Positions 52,616-64,000 of a stretch of 64,000 nt of DNA are shown piece after piece; positions within the stretch are counted from its first letter, which is position 1, and every line of letters begins with the position of its first letter. The notes under the pieces are model-generated. The model saw nothing but the letters and a program-made list of their open reading frames with translations. It did no database searches and was not told the DNA's origin. This stretch comes from Octopus vulgaris (lineage: Eukaryota). The stretch lies in assembly GCA_951406725.2 (NCBI GenBank), contig OX597825.1, forward strand, positions 68,572,001-68,636,000, written 5' to 3'. The position numbers and the translations under genes are program-made.

Positions 52616-53547
52616 TCTAGAAGGTAGCTGTTCTCAGAATGGGTAGAATGTTAGACAAAATGCCATGCTATTTGGTTCTCATATCTGAGTTCGATTCCTA
52701 TCCTGTTCGACTATTGATGATGTCAGTGTCCTGACAAGGCTAGTAATTAAAACAAATAAGAGAAAATGAGTTGAAAAATGGAGAAAGCAGCAATGGACTA
52801 CTCATAAGTTAATGCCCCTACCCTTGGGAATCATAGAAACATTTTTTAGCACTTTTGGTTCTATTTGATACGTGTAATTTTTTCATGTAACATTATGATG
52901 CTTTATTACTGCTATATTTTAATGTTTCTCTATTGGCCATTCTAACATAATTGTTACCCTTCTTTGTTGCCATGAAGCGAAACAACCTACTCAATATAAC
53001 AACTATCTCTCTCTCATCGTCTTAGTGACTGTGCCATGTTGTTTCTGGAAGGTAGAAAAAATCCTTAACTGGATTGCATCTGAACAGGAAACATTAAAAT
53101 GTTGAACACTGTAAAATTAAAATGATCAAATTTCTATGTATATAAGCCCCTCCCCCCACTACCATAAGCATTCTAACATGTAGATCAGTGATACACATGG
53201 AAGGGCTTAAACACAAACAAAAGTAAACAGTCTTAATTGAAGAAACCTTTATGGCCAAAGTTTAAGACTATTGTACATCTGAGAGCTAGAGAAGCTATTT
53301 GGTGCACTTGCAATGTCTTTCTGTATCTTGTTTTCAGAATGTTCTAGATATAGTGTTACCATTTCAAGAATATCCTCTCCTTACTGGAATATATATATAT
53401 TAAATGCTGATATTGGGGGTTGTTATATGCCTTGACCCGAGCATAGAACAGGGCTCGCTTCTTTGAGTTGGGATATGAATGGAATACCTGGTGTGTCTTG
53501 TGGCTACTCCCCTCCTAAAAAATGGGGAATAGGCCTGGGAATATAAA

Positions 53548-53581
<34 letters not shown>

Positions 53582-56500
53582 GACAAAATTAGGCATGTAA
53601 GCTTAGGACATAGGATGAATTTTTATTCCTCATTCTTTTGCACATATACAGCATTTTCTTAAAAATTCATTGCAGTTATACTTAGGCTTATCTAAGTTTA
53701 ATAATTTCCGAAAAACATTTGCATAAATTTATTTTGGTTTGAATTTATGTTGAACCATCTGGGATAATTTTGGGGAGCAACAATTCTTGGTGAATCATTT
53801 CCTGAAGATTGGTCAAATTGAGCTTCATGAATATTTACCAAAATAATTAAAAATAGAATTTTACTCTTAAAAGTTTTTTTCCCCGAGAACACATCCCTAT
53901 ATATTTTTTTTCCTCCTAAACACTTTCCTCCTCAAAATCAGGATAACTTTGTCCTGTTTGAGAAATGAGCCACAGGAGATGGGACAGCTGATGCAGCAAG
54001 TGCTGCTGGTCATTCTCTGTGGTGATGGCCTTTGCAATCTTGTTCATGAGGTGCGACTGAATACCCCATTTGATCTCGTGTGTACAATGCATTACTCCCT
54101 TACCCCGTCTTCTGCTACTTAATCCCCTACTTTTTCTTTATTTCCTAGCCGAGGTAAAGTTTTTTTTTTTTTTTCTTTTCTCAGTAATTTGATCTATACT
54201 TTTAAAGTTTTTTCTTTTTGTAAAAAACGGTTAAAGCCATATATACTGAAAAAAAAAAAAAATTTACTTGATTACTTTAAAATTATTCTCATATTTATTG
54301 TTACTTGAGAGCTTGTTCTGTTCGGTGCCAACAAGAAACTTCAGAAACAGCAACAATATTCTGTATCTCTCTCTTAAAAACTACATTCATCTGCAGTATT
54401 TCAACCACAAACATGCAAAATTGTGGCCTGCACTTTCACTTAAATTCAGATATGACCTTTACGTATAAGATATAATTGTAAGCTAGACTTATAACTAAAT
54501 TTTACCTTTTCCATGCAAGCATTATTAAAACTGTTTAATATTTGGGCACTAATAATTGTTTTATTTTAAATCTTGAATGTTTTTTTTCCTGTTGCATGTG
54601 TAATTTATTGACACCATATCTCTTAGTATACTCTTTTACTTGTTTCAGTCATTTTGACTGTGGCCATGCTGGAGCGCCGCCTTTAGTCGAGCAAATCTTT
54701 GTAAGCCTAGTACTTATTCCATCGGTCGCTTTTGCCGAACCGCTAAGTTACGGGGACATAAACATACCAGCATCGGTTGTCAAGTGATGTTGCGGGGACA
54801 CGCACACACGCACACACATATATACATATATACGACGGGCTTTCAATTTCCTTCTACCAAATCCACTCACAAGGCTTTGGTCGGCTTGAGGCTATAGTAG
54901 AAGACACTTGCCCAAGGTGCCATGCAGTGGGACTGAACCCAGAACCATGTGGTTGGTAAGCAAGCTACTTACCACACAGCCATATATATATATATGCTTT
55001 GTTAATGTTAGATTTTTCTAAAGTCTGAGAGTTGCTAAGCTGGTATATTGATGTATAAAAATCACGTTCAAAAATCTGTAAACATGTTATTGGATTTTTA
55101 AACATCAGTGGCTCCTGTATTATAAAATCTAAAACACATTGCTTTTTAATTTGTATTCATTTTCTAACTTGACATTTTCCTGTTTTTAATGTTCACTATA
55201 TTAAATTTAATAGCTGTGTGTGTACAGAAAAGTGAAGTGAAAACTATGGGCAGTTGATACACTTGAGAAAGTACAGTCATTGAAATTATTTCTTAAATGA
55301 AAGCTTACAAGGCCAAACCTATATGAATCACTTAATGTTTAACCTTTTTCCTGCATTGTTAAATTTTAGAAGTGATTCAGTCAAAGTGTTATAACACTTT
55401 GACCAGCTCAATCCTAGATGAGGATTTTGCTAATTACGAAAACCAGTCTTTTCTTCCAATCTTGCTGGAATGTATTGTTCCCTTGAGTTCAATAACACTG
55501 CTGAAATAGGAATTCAGCATTTAACTGAAATTTAAAATTGCAAAAAAAAAAAAAAAAAAAAAGCACTATAGTTGGTTTTGTTCATAGTTTCAAAAATTGA
55601 TTAGACGTATGATGGTGTTTGTGGGAATCGGTAAATAATGTAAACAGGGAGATTCTTACATTTAGTTGGATAATTTTTGTATTTTAAAAATGAAATTGCA
55701 ATGACACCATTGATAAAAAAAATTATGAAATTATTGTATACAGTGCTCAGGTGCACCACAACTTGTCAAAAAGTGCACATAGTATATGCAGTAATGTACA
55801 AATGTCTGGACGGCGATATGCTGATAAGCTTCAGGTTTTAGTTTTTTTTTGTCTTTATTTTCAATTTGAAACTATTTCACTTCACTTTATTTATACTAAT
55901 GCTTATGACGAAAGGCATGAATACCACAATCTTTCATTCCATTTTCAGAAACTTATTTTAACTTTAAATGTTTGGAGCTGTTGGTTTCCTGATCTAAAAT
56001 TTGTAACAAGACTTACGTTTTGGTTGTTTGTTTGCTTCTTTTGAGCTTCCTGAATTGAAATTTCATTAAAAAGTGTTTGTGTGAAGTTGGAGTTTATTAG
56101 TTGTGCATGTTCTGTTAAAAAGAAAAATCCATCTCAACTCTGTTGCTATCAAATAAAATTGCGTTTCATTATTGAAGTTATTACATGTTTGTTCAGGTGT
56201 TTTTGTGGCTTGTATTTTCTTGAAAATGTATGTAAAGTTTTTTTTTTTTATTTAAATTTTAGAAAATCTGCCAAGAAACCCGAGAATACCATCAAAACAT
56301 AGTTGGGGCCTTGAAGGGTGTTTAGCTAAAATATAAGCACTGGGATCAATTTGTTCAAAGTTTGGCACTTTTCTATTGGGTTTCTTTTGCTAAACTTCTA
56401 AGTTATGAGGATGTAAATAAACCAACACAAGTTGTCAAGCTGTGGGTGGGGGAAAATGCATGCATGTGCGCACGGATTCTTTCAGCCTCCTCTCTACCAG

Positions 56501-56827
56501 ATCTTCAGGGTTATAATAGAGGACTCTTTTCGCATATGCCGGGTAGTCGGACTTGAAACTACATGGCTGAGAAGTTAACTTTTTTACAACATGGCCATAC
56601 TTGTAACTATGGTCAAAATTTTTGACCCTTAATCACTCTGCTTTTACAGCTACTTGTTGGATTGATTCTGGCAATAGATATGGATTTTTGGGCTGTCGAT
56701 GCCACTTGTAAATTATGCACTCAGGAAAGTTTGAACAAGAAAAAATATCAAATGACAGCATTATCTAAATTTAATTTACCACTGCATTGATTAGATTTTA
56801 ACTCTGATTTGATTTTTGATGATCAAT

Positions 56828-57183
56828 CGAAATCAATCAACATCAATGGAAATTGTAGCTGTGATACCAGTGCCTGGGGCACGTAAGAGAACCATCCGAA
56901 CGGGGCCGTTGCCAGCGCCGCCCCGACTGGCCTCCGTGCCGGTTGCACATAAACAGCACCATCTGACTGTGGCCGTTTGCCAGCCTCGTCTGGCACCTGT
57001 GTCGGTGGCACATAAAAAGCATCCACTACACTCATGGAGTGGTTGGCATTAGGAAGGGCATCCAACCGTAGAAACATTGCCAGATCAGACTCGGCCTGGT
57101 GCAGCCTTCTGGCTTCCCAGACCCCAGTTGAACCGTCCAACCCATGCTAGCATGGAAAGTGGACGCTAAACGTTGATGATGAT
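56828..57183 (+). mobile_element. Family-C RTE-tailed element flanked by a 53-bp direct repeat
   Basis: Shared family tail. Flanks 56775-56827 and 57184-57236 differ at one base. Confidence 0.85.
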
Positions 57184-57541
57184 TTTACCACTGCATTGAT
57201 TAGATTTTAACTCTGATTTGATTTTTGGTGATCAATAGTTAAAAAAAAAAAAAAGTTAGATATATTTACTTTGACTCCCTTTACTTTCCAGAAAGAATTA
57301 GCTTTTTTGCATATGCATGTACGCACATGCATGCATGTGCGTGCATGCATATGCGCACATACGTGTGTATGTACGGGCATGTGTGCTCATGTACACAAGT
57401 CTATTTTGAGTGAATACAAATAAAAGCCTTTTACAAAGACAATGATAATCTTTTGTTTCACATGTACTAATTTTGAAACACTAATGATATATTTAAAAAT
57501 ATTAATTTATATTTTCTTGTTTCTTCCAGTCTGTAAACAAG

Positions 57542-57570
57542 ATGGGTCAACATAACATTGGTATTAATGG
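57542..57570 (+). CDS. GAPDH: Glyceraldehyde-3-phosphate dehydrogenase, first canonical coding exon (exon starts at 57530)
   Basis: Acceptor tttcttccAG at 57528-57529, then aagATGG. Reads MGQHNIGING. Donor GG/GTAAGT. Confidence 0.93.
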
Positions 57571-60500
57571 GTAAGTTTTTGAACAATTCTCTTATGGTTG
57601 AATAAAGGTTAACGGTCGAGGTTTACCCCATCTGCAATGAAAAGTCAATTTAGCTTTTTGTCAAGGGAGAGAATTCTGAAATTAAAATTAAATATTGGTG
57701 TCATGCAGTGAAGAATTGGTCCGATCTCACTGCAAAGCCCTCCTGAGTAAAGCAAAATTCAGATTCTTAACCTAAATTTTAGATGTTCGCTAGTAAAGCA
57801 ATCTAAAAGCAGTATCCACTCACAGTGGATACCTCCAGTCTATTTATAAATTGTAATTTTCTTCCCCGTTTTTTTTTTTTTTTTTTTTTTTTTTCCTTTT
57901 CCTACCCAGCTTATCATTTGTCCTTCAGTCAGGATAGCAATTTTTAAACAATTGCTCTCTACATTTTTAATCCCATGTAATTGGTCTTTTTTTTTAATGC
58001 AGAAGGTGTAAGTGAGGAAATTTTTACGTCAGTTGTTTTAGTTAGTACAGAATGAAATTTGTGGAAGACTATATCAATTTCTCTTAAAACCTTTTAACTT
58101 TTCTTTCTTTATTTGTAAGTTGGTTTCATAATGGCTTCCCCCCCTCTATCCTGGATATTGGCTACTTTTGTTTGTATTTAAAATATGAATTTTAAACTCA
58201 AGATCATGTCTAGGTGTAATCTTGAGCAAAATACTTTTTCACGTTGCTGTAGAAATGAGTTGTGATGCCACTGGTGCCAAGCTGTACTGGCCTTTGCTTT
58301 TCCCTTGGATAACATCAGTGGAGACTGGTATGCGTGGGCGACTGCTGGTCATCCACAACCAACTTTACTTGGACTTGTGCCTCAGAGGGGAACTTTCTAG
58401 GTGCAATCCCATGGCCATTCCTGACTGAAGGAGGTCTTTACCCTAACACATTTGAGTAGGTTCAGACAGAAAGTATGTTGGTGGCTGTAGTATGTGCACT
58501 AGGACTTTTACGAGAAGTGTGTTCAGCAGACTTGGTTCATTGGTGCATGGCATTCTAGGACAATAGTGTCTTACCATGTCTTGTCAGCTGGAAGCAGCTG
58601 GAACTGTGAGCCTAAATAAAGCTGTTAGGCTTTCTCTGTACTTTCAGCTAACATGCCAATTGATAAAAAAAAAAAAAAAAATCACTTTGCACTGTGTACA
58701 GTGAGATCTGGAACGACTATTTGCATATTTATTCCTAACTTGTCTAGGCAAGGTACTTTTTATGACGTACACTAGAGCAGCCATCGTATTTTGTGTTCAA
58801 ACTTGCTTAAACAGGTTAAGGATAAATGTGAATAATCACTCCAATTCTCACTGTACGTGATGCAAATGGTTTTTCATGGGTTGACAGATATAGGTACCGA
58901 TCAGTAGATAATTTTTATTGAAAGCATAAAGCCAGTGACCTTCATTTAGGCTTGGTTATGTCTGCTTTTGGTTGTGTTGAAACGGTGTTCCAGCATGCTG
59001 TGTGTCAGTGAGCCAGGTATGTTGAATACCCAGTTGTATCGGGTAGAAGTTATTCTGTGATGTACACGACAGCAACCAGCATATTTTGCATCTGAACCTG
59101 CGTAGATGCTTTAAGAATAAATATGCAAATTGTTCTATAATCTTGCTGTATACATTGTAAATCTACCAATTCATCAGAAAATCCAATGAGATTTGTGATA
59201 GTTTTTCTTTTTACAATTAATATAGAAATTGAAATGTTGGTCATGAATTACTGCATTATCTTTTAACTTTAAGATTAATTCAAAACAATATCAATAAGTA
59301 AGCATTGCGTTTGCCAGAGTAATCTGATTGCTAAACGGTTATACAAAGGACTTTGGAATCTTGCTTATTTGCAAAAGAAAGGCAGTGGGGAAAATAATGA
59401 AATAAGTTATAATTCAAACTTCTGATAGCCTTAGTATTAATTTACAAATCAATGAAAGGGACAAAGTATGTTATCTTGCAGGATTTTTCATTTCTTAAAA
59501 AGTTGCATAATATCTACAAACCTCAAGATGTTCATGATTGTCCTCTCAATAAATCCATCTTAACCCTTTATCATTCAGATTACCCTATCAAATATAATGC
59601 TTATTTATTCCTTGTTGTGCATTATGTAGCTTTGAGGTTTCATGACATTGTAGGACAGGTGTGAAAGGAGGCTGGATCTGGTTTGACCTTAAAACTGGTC
59701 GAATATTTTTGGCCAGATATGACTAGTGTGTGCTAAAGGGGTTAATTTGTCACCCGGTTTAATTCCGCCATCACTTCTTGAATGACTATGGCAATATATT
59801 GTTGGAAGGTGGCGAGCTGGCAGAAACATTAGCACGCTGGGCGAAATGCGTAGCCGTATTTCGTCTGTCGTTACGTTGTGAGTTCAAATTCCGCCGAGGT
59901 CGACTTTGCCTTTCATCCTTTTGGGGTTGATAAATAAAGTACCAGTTACGCACTGGGGTCGATATAATCGACTTAATCTGTTTGTCTGTCCTTGTTTGTC
60001 CCCTCTATGTTTAGCCCCTTGTGGGCAATAAAGAAATATTGTTGGAAGTTTTCGGGCTTGGCTTTAGTTTAAGGGTAAGTTCTTCCTTTTTTACATCCTG
60101 AAAAGGGTGCTGAGGCTTGTTTTGCTTTTAAGCCATTGGTTTGGGCTTTATTCCTATTGGAATTTGGTATGATCTTATTTAGCTCAAGGAAGTGTCAGCT
60201 GTGATAAATTTTTGACAATGGTAGGAATTGATTTGATGGTGTTACTGCATATTGAATGGTTACATAAAGGTTCTCTTGGCCAAAGTTGTATTTTTATTTT
60301 CTAGTCATGTAGAAAAACTGTGCTTCTGAGACCAGAGAGAGGGAAGGAGGGAGATAATTCTCAAACCCTGAAGGCCTGGTTCCAAAATGTTTGTAACAGG
60401 GTAGTGTCTGCTAAAGTAGAAGCATGCAGGCCTAGTGGTTAGGGTGTTCTTATGACTGTAAGCTTATCCTTTCAATTCTTGGACCATTGGTACATTGTGC

Positions 60501-60762
60501 TTTTAAGCAACACTACCTTTTGCACTGTTCCTGTCCACTTGGCTGTAATTGCGTTCCAACGATAGCTGGGAAGTTAACCCTGTGATGGACTGTCCTCCCA
60601 TTTGGGATGAGGTAGTGAGGGCAATGTTGTAATCTCGGTCATAGGAACCAAGTTAAGGTCTGCCCTTACAAGTCTAAGGGTTTATTAATGGCCAAGATTC
60701 CCTCAAAGCACTTGAAGATGCCAGGTACTAATGGAAATAACTTAAGTGGGTCAGTGGCTTGA

Positions 60763-60972
<210 letters not shown>

Positions 60973-61489
60973 TGATCACGTTTACCACTGGGTAATTAGT
61001 TAATGAATTCTTGATACAATAGATAGCCCTAGTGTTTTTCGTAAATGGGCCATTGTTTTATCTTGTTGTTTTGGTCATTGGAACGTGGCCATGCTGGGGC
61101 CTTGAAAGATTTACTTGAACAAATTGATCCCAGTACTTTTTAAGTCTTGTCATTTTTGTCAGACTAAATTATGGGGACATAAACAAACCAGCACTAGTTG
61201 TCAAGCATTGGTATAACATGTGCATGTGCTCTCACATGTGCTCATTGCATGCACATGTGGTCACATGCGTGCACATGCTACTAAATTCATTCGAGGCATT
61301 GTCCAGCCTGGGATTACAAGTAGATGCTTGTTGAAGGTGCTGTGCAGTGGAACTGAACCTGAAACCATGTGCTTGTAAAAGCGAGCTTCTATACCACACA
61401 TCCATCCCTGCTCCACAAAAGTACATCGCATCAACTGAGAAACAAACCTGGGCTGCCTGCATGGCAAGTGAGCATTCTTCTCCGCACTG

Positions 61490-62355
61490 CACCGCACACA
61501 CACACATGCACCGCGCACACACACACACACGCACGTACGCACCACACACACACACGCACAGCACCGCACACACACACACATGCACCGCACCGCACACACA
61601 CGCACCGCACCGCACACGCACCGCACCGCACACGCACCGCACACACCTCACACGCACACCTCGCAAGCACGCACACCTCGCAAGCACACACACCTCGCAA
61701 GCACACACACCTCGCAAGCACACACACCTCGCAAGCACACACACCTCGCAAGCACACACACCTCGCGCACACACACCTCGCGCACACACACCTCGCGCGC
61801 ACACACCTCGCGCGCACACACCTCGCGCACACACACACCTCGCGCGCACACACACCTCGCGCGCACACACACCTCGCGCGCACACACACCTCGCGCGCAC
61901 ACACACCTCGCGCGCACACACACCTCGCGCGCACACACACCTCGCGCACACACACCTCGCGCACACACACTACACCACATACACTACACCACACCACACG
62001 CACACACCACACGCACACACCACCACCACACACCAACACCACGCACACACCACCAGCACACACGCACACACCACAAGCACACACACCACGCACACACCAC
62101 CACCACACACACACGCACACACCACACGCACACACCACACACACACACCACACGCACACACCACACGCACACACCACACGCACGCACACCACACGCACGC
62201 ACACCACACGCACGCGCACACACCACACGCACACACCACACGCACACACCACACGCACACACCACACGCACACCACACGCACACACCACACGCACACACC
62301 ACACGCACACACGCACACACACACACACACACATACACACACATACACACACATA
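61490..62355. repeat. Large evolving CA-rich compound satellite in a GAPDH intron
   Basis: Successive units gcacc(gca), cacacacacctcgcaag, cacacacacctcgcgcg, cacacaccacacg. Confidence 0.95.
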
Positions 62356-62451
62356 CTAGTTGAAAACTCTTAAAGAATAGACAATGAACCATTGCCCGAC
62401 ATGAACTTGCTATCTAATCAAAAGACCTTTTGATTCTGTTATTTTATCCTC

Positions 62452-62825
62452 AACTAGCAGTATCGCCCGGCGTTGCTCGGGTTTGTAAGGGAAATAACTA
62501 TAAAGCATTTTTAGAGAGTTATAGCCAAAAAATAGCAAAAAATGGAAAAAAAAATGATGGTAAATTTTTTTTGAGAGTTAAAAAGGTCGGGTTTGGTTCC
62601 CCTAGACAGTCTGTGGTTTGTGTTTCTGATTCTCGACCCCATGTCGAATTTATCGATTTTTATCAGAACTGGGGGAACTTTTCAAAATTTTCACTGCGTT
62701 AGTTTTGAATTATGACATTGGGCTATGTGTGTGTCAAGTTTCATCAGAATCGGTTGAAAGTCAGGGTGAGGGTACAACCTAACAGACACGCAGACAGACA
62801 AACTGCCGTTTATATAGAGAGAGAT
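62452..62825 (+). mobile_element. Helitron/Helentron-like non-autonomous element
   Basis: actagcagtatcgcccggcgttgctcggg start, (CAGA)n near the end and tatatagagagagat terminus. Confidence 0.6.
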
Positions 62826-63179
62826 GATAATTCTGTTTTATGCATGTAACCTGAAATTATTGAGGAAGGCATTGAGTCAAATAAATTGACCCGAGTGCTC
62901 AACTAGTACTTACTCTATAACCCTTGAATGGACGAAAGGTGAAGTCGACCTTGGTGGAGTTTGAATTTGGAGTATAAAGCTGGAAGAAACCTAATAATGA
63001 CAATGTAACGTTTATTCTTTGTTTTAGCAAACTGCCTCTAGATCAAAGCATATTTTAATTTTTCGGAATTGCAACTGAGTTGAAATCTCAAACTAATCAG
63101 ATATTGTATTAAATATTCTTAATAGATGGTATTTTGCTTTTTTTTAAAAATTTCACCATGTATGCTTTCTGCTTACTAA

Positions 63180-63293
<114 letters not shown>

Positions 63294-63433
63294 TAAGCTT
63301 TCTATATTTTCTATTTCCATATTTTATTGTCAGAATGCTCTTACTTTCTTGGTAAAATGACTGAAACATATGGATTTGAATTGAATTATTCCTCTGCCCT
63401 GAAGCATTTCCCAAGTTTGACAGGAGACAAGTA

Positions 63434-63707
63434 TATGGGTGGGGTATATAAGTTAAGGCTAGTAAACTTCAACCTTTGCCAATATAGTGCACTATTTTAA
63501 TTTTGAAATTTGAATTTAGAACAGTCTTGGGTGGGGGAGTTTGAAATCACCTTTCTATACTTCAGCTAAGATATGAGTGGGGTATGAGTTAAGGCAAATA
63601 AACTTTAATCTTTGCTAATATTGTGCACTATTTTAATTTTCAAATTTGTATTTGAGTTTAGCTGGGTGGGGGAATTTGAAATTACCCTTCTACACTTCAG
63701 CTAATAT
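63434..63707. repeat. Diverged tandem duplication of about 137 bp within a GAPDH intron
   Basis: Two units share gtggggtat..agttaaggc, gtgcactattttaatttt, tgggtggggga.tttgaaat and cttcagctaa. Confidence 0.85.
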
Positions 63708-63740
63708 CACTTGATTATTTTGAAATTGTTTTGACTGTGA

Positions 63741-63869
<129 letters not shown>

Positions 63870-64000
63870 TAAATTTTAATTTTCTCATCACTGTTTTCCT
63901 TCCACTTCTTTGTCTTATACTTTTACTAGATCAAAATTTGTGGATAGGTTTTATCTTGCATATCATTTAATCAATAAAATATAACTTAGGGAAGTGAAAA

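Noticed and set aside
61232-62392. Long His/Thr- or Cys/Val-rich ORFs of up to 338 aa
   Set aside because: Translations of a CA-rich satellite, open in several frames on both strands and inside a GAPDH intron.

Overview
AT-rich, microsatellite- and SINE-dense animal genomic DNA; the repeat families look like those of Octopus (coleoid cephalopod; inferred from repeat recognition, not proven). Two divergently oriented spliced genes are supported. (1) The 3' six coding exons of DNA polymerase eta (POLH) lie on the minus strand at 1647-11844; its 5' catalytic exons were not found and probably fall in the 100-N gap at 12558-12657. (2) The first four coding exons of GAPDH lie on the plus strand at 57542-63845 and the gene runs off the window. 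The rest is tRNA-derived SINEs, RTE/CR1 LINE fragments, mariner, Tc1, MULE, hAT, piggyBac and Helitron-like remnants, and simple repeats. Most ORFs in the supplied track are spurious translations of these repeats. Best leads: (a) an unannotated 37-codon exon at 46814-46924 that would splice in frame onto GAPDH and add an amphipathic/coiled-coil N-terminal extension; (b) five minimal hammerhead-ribozyme-like motifs in three repeat families, two of them in tandem at 22.9-23.2 kb; (c) a cluster of ERR- and HIF-type motifs in a SINE-poor, CpG-retaining block upstream of GAPDH; (d) unusually long (53 and 111 bp) duplications flanking SINE insertions.
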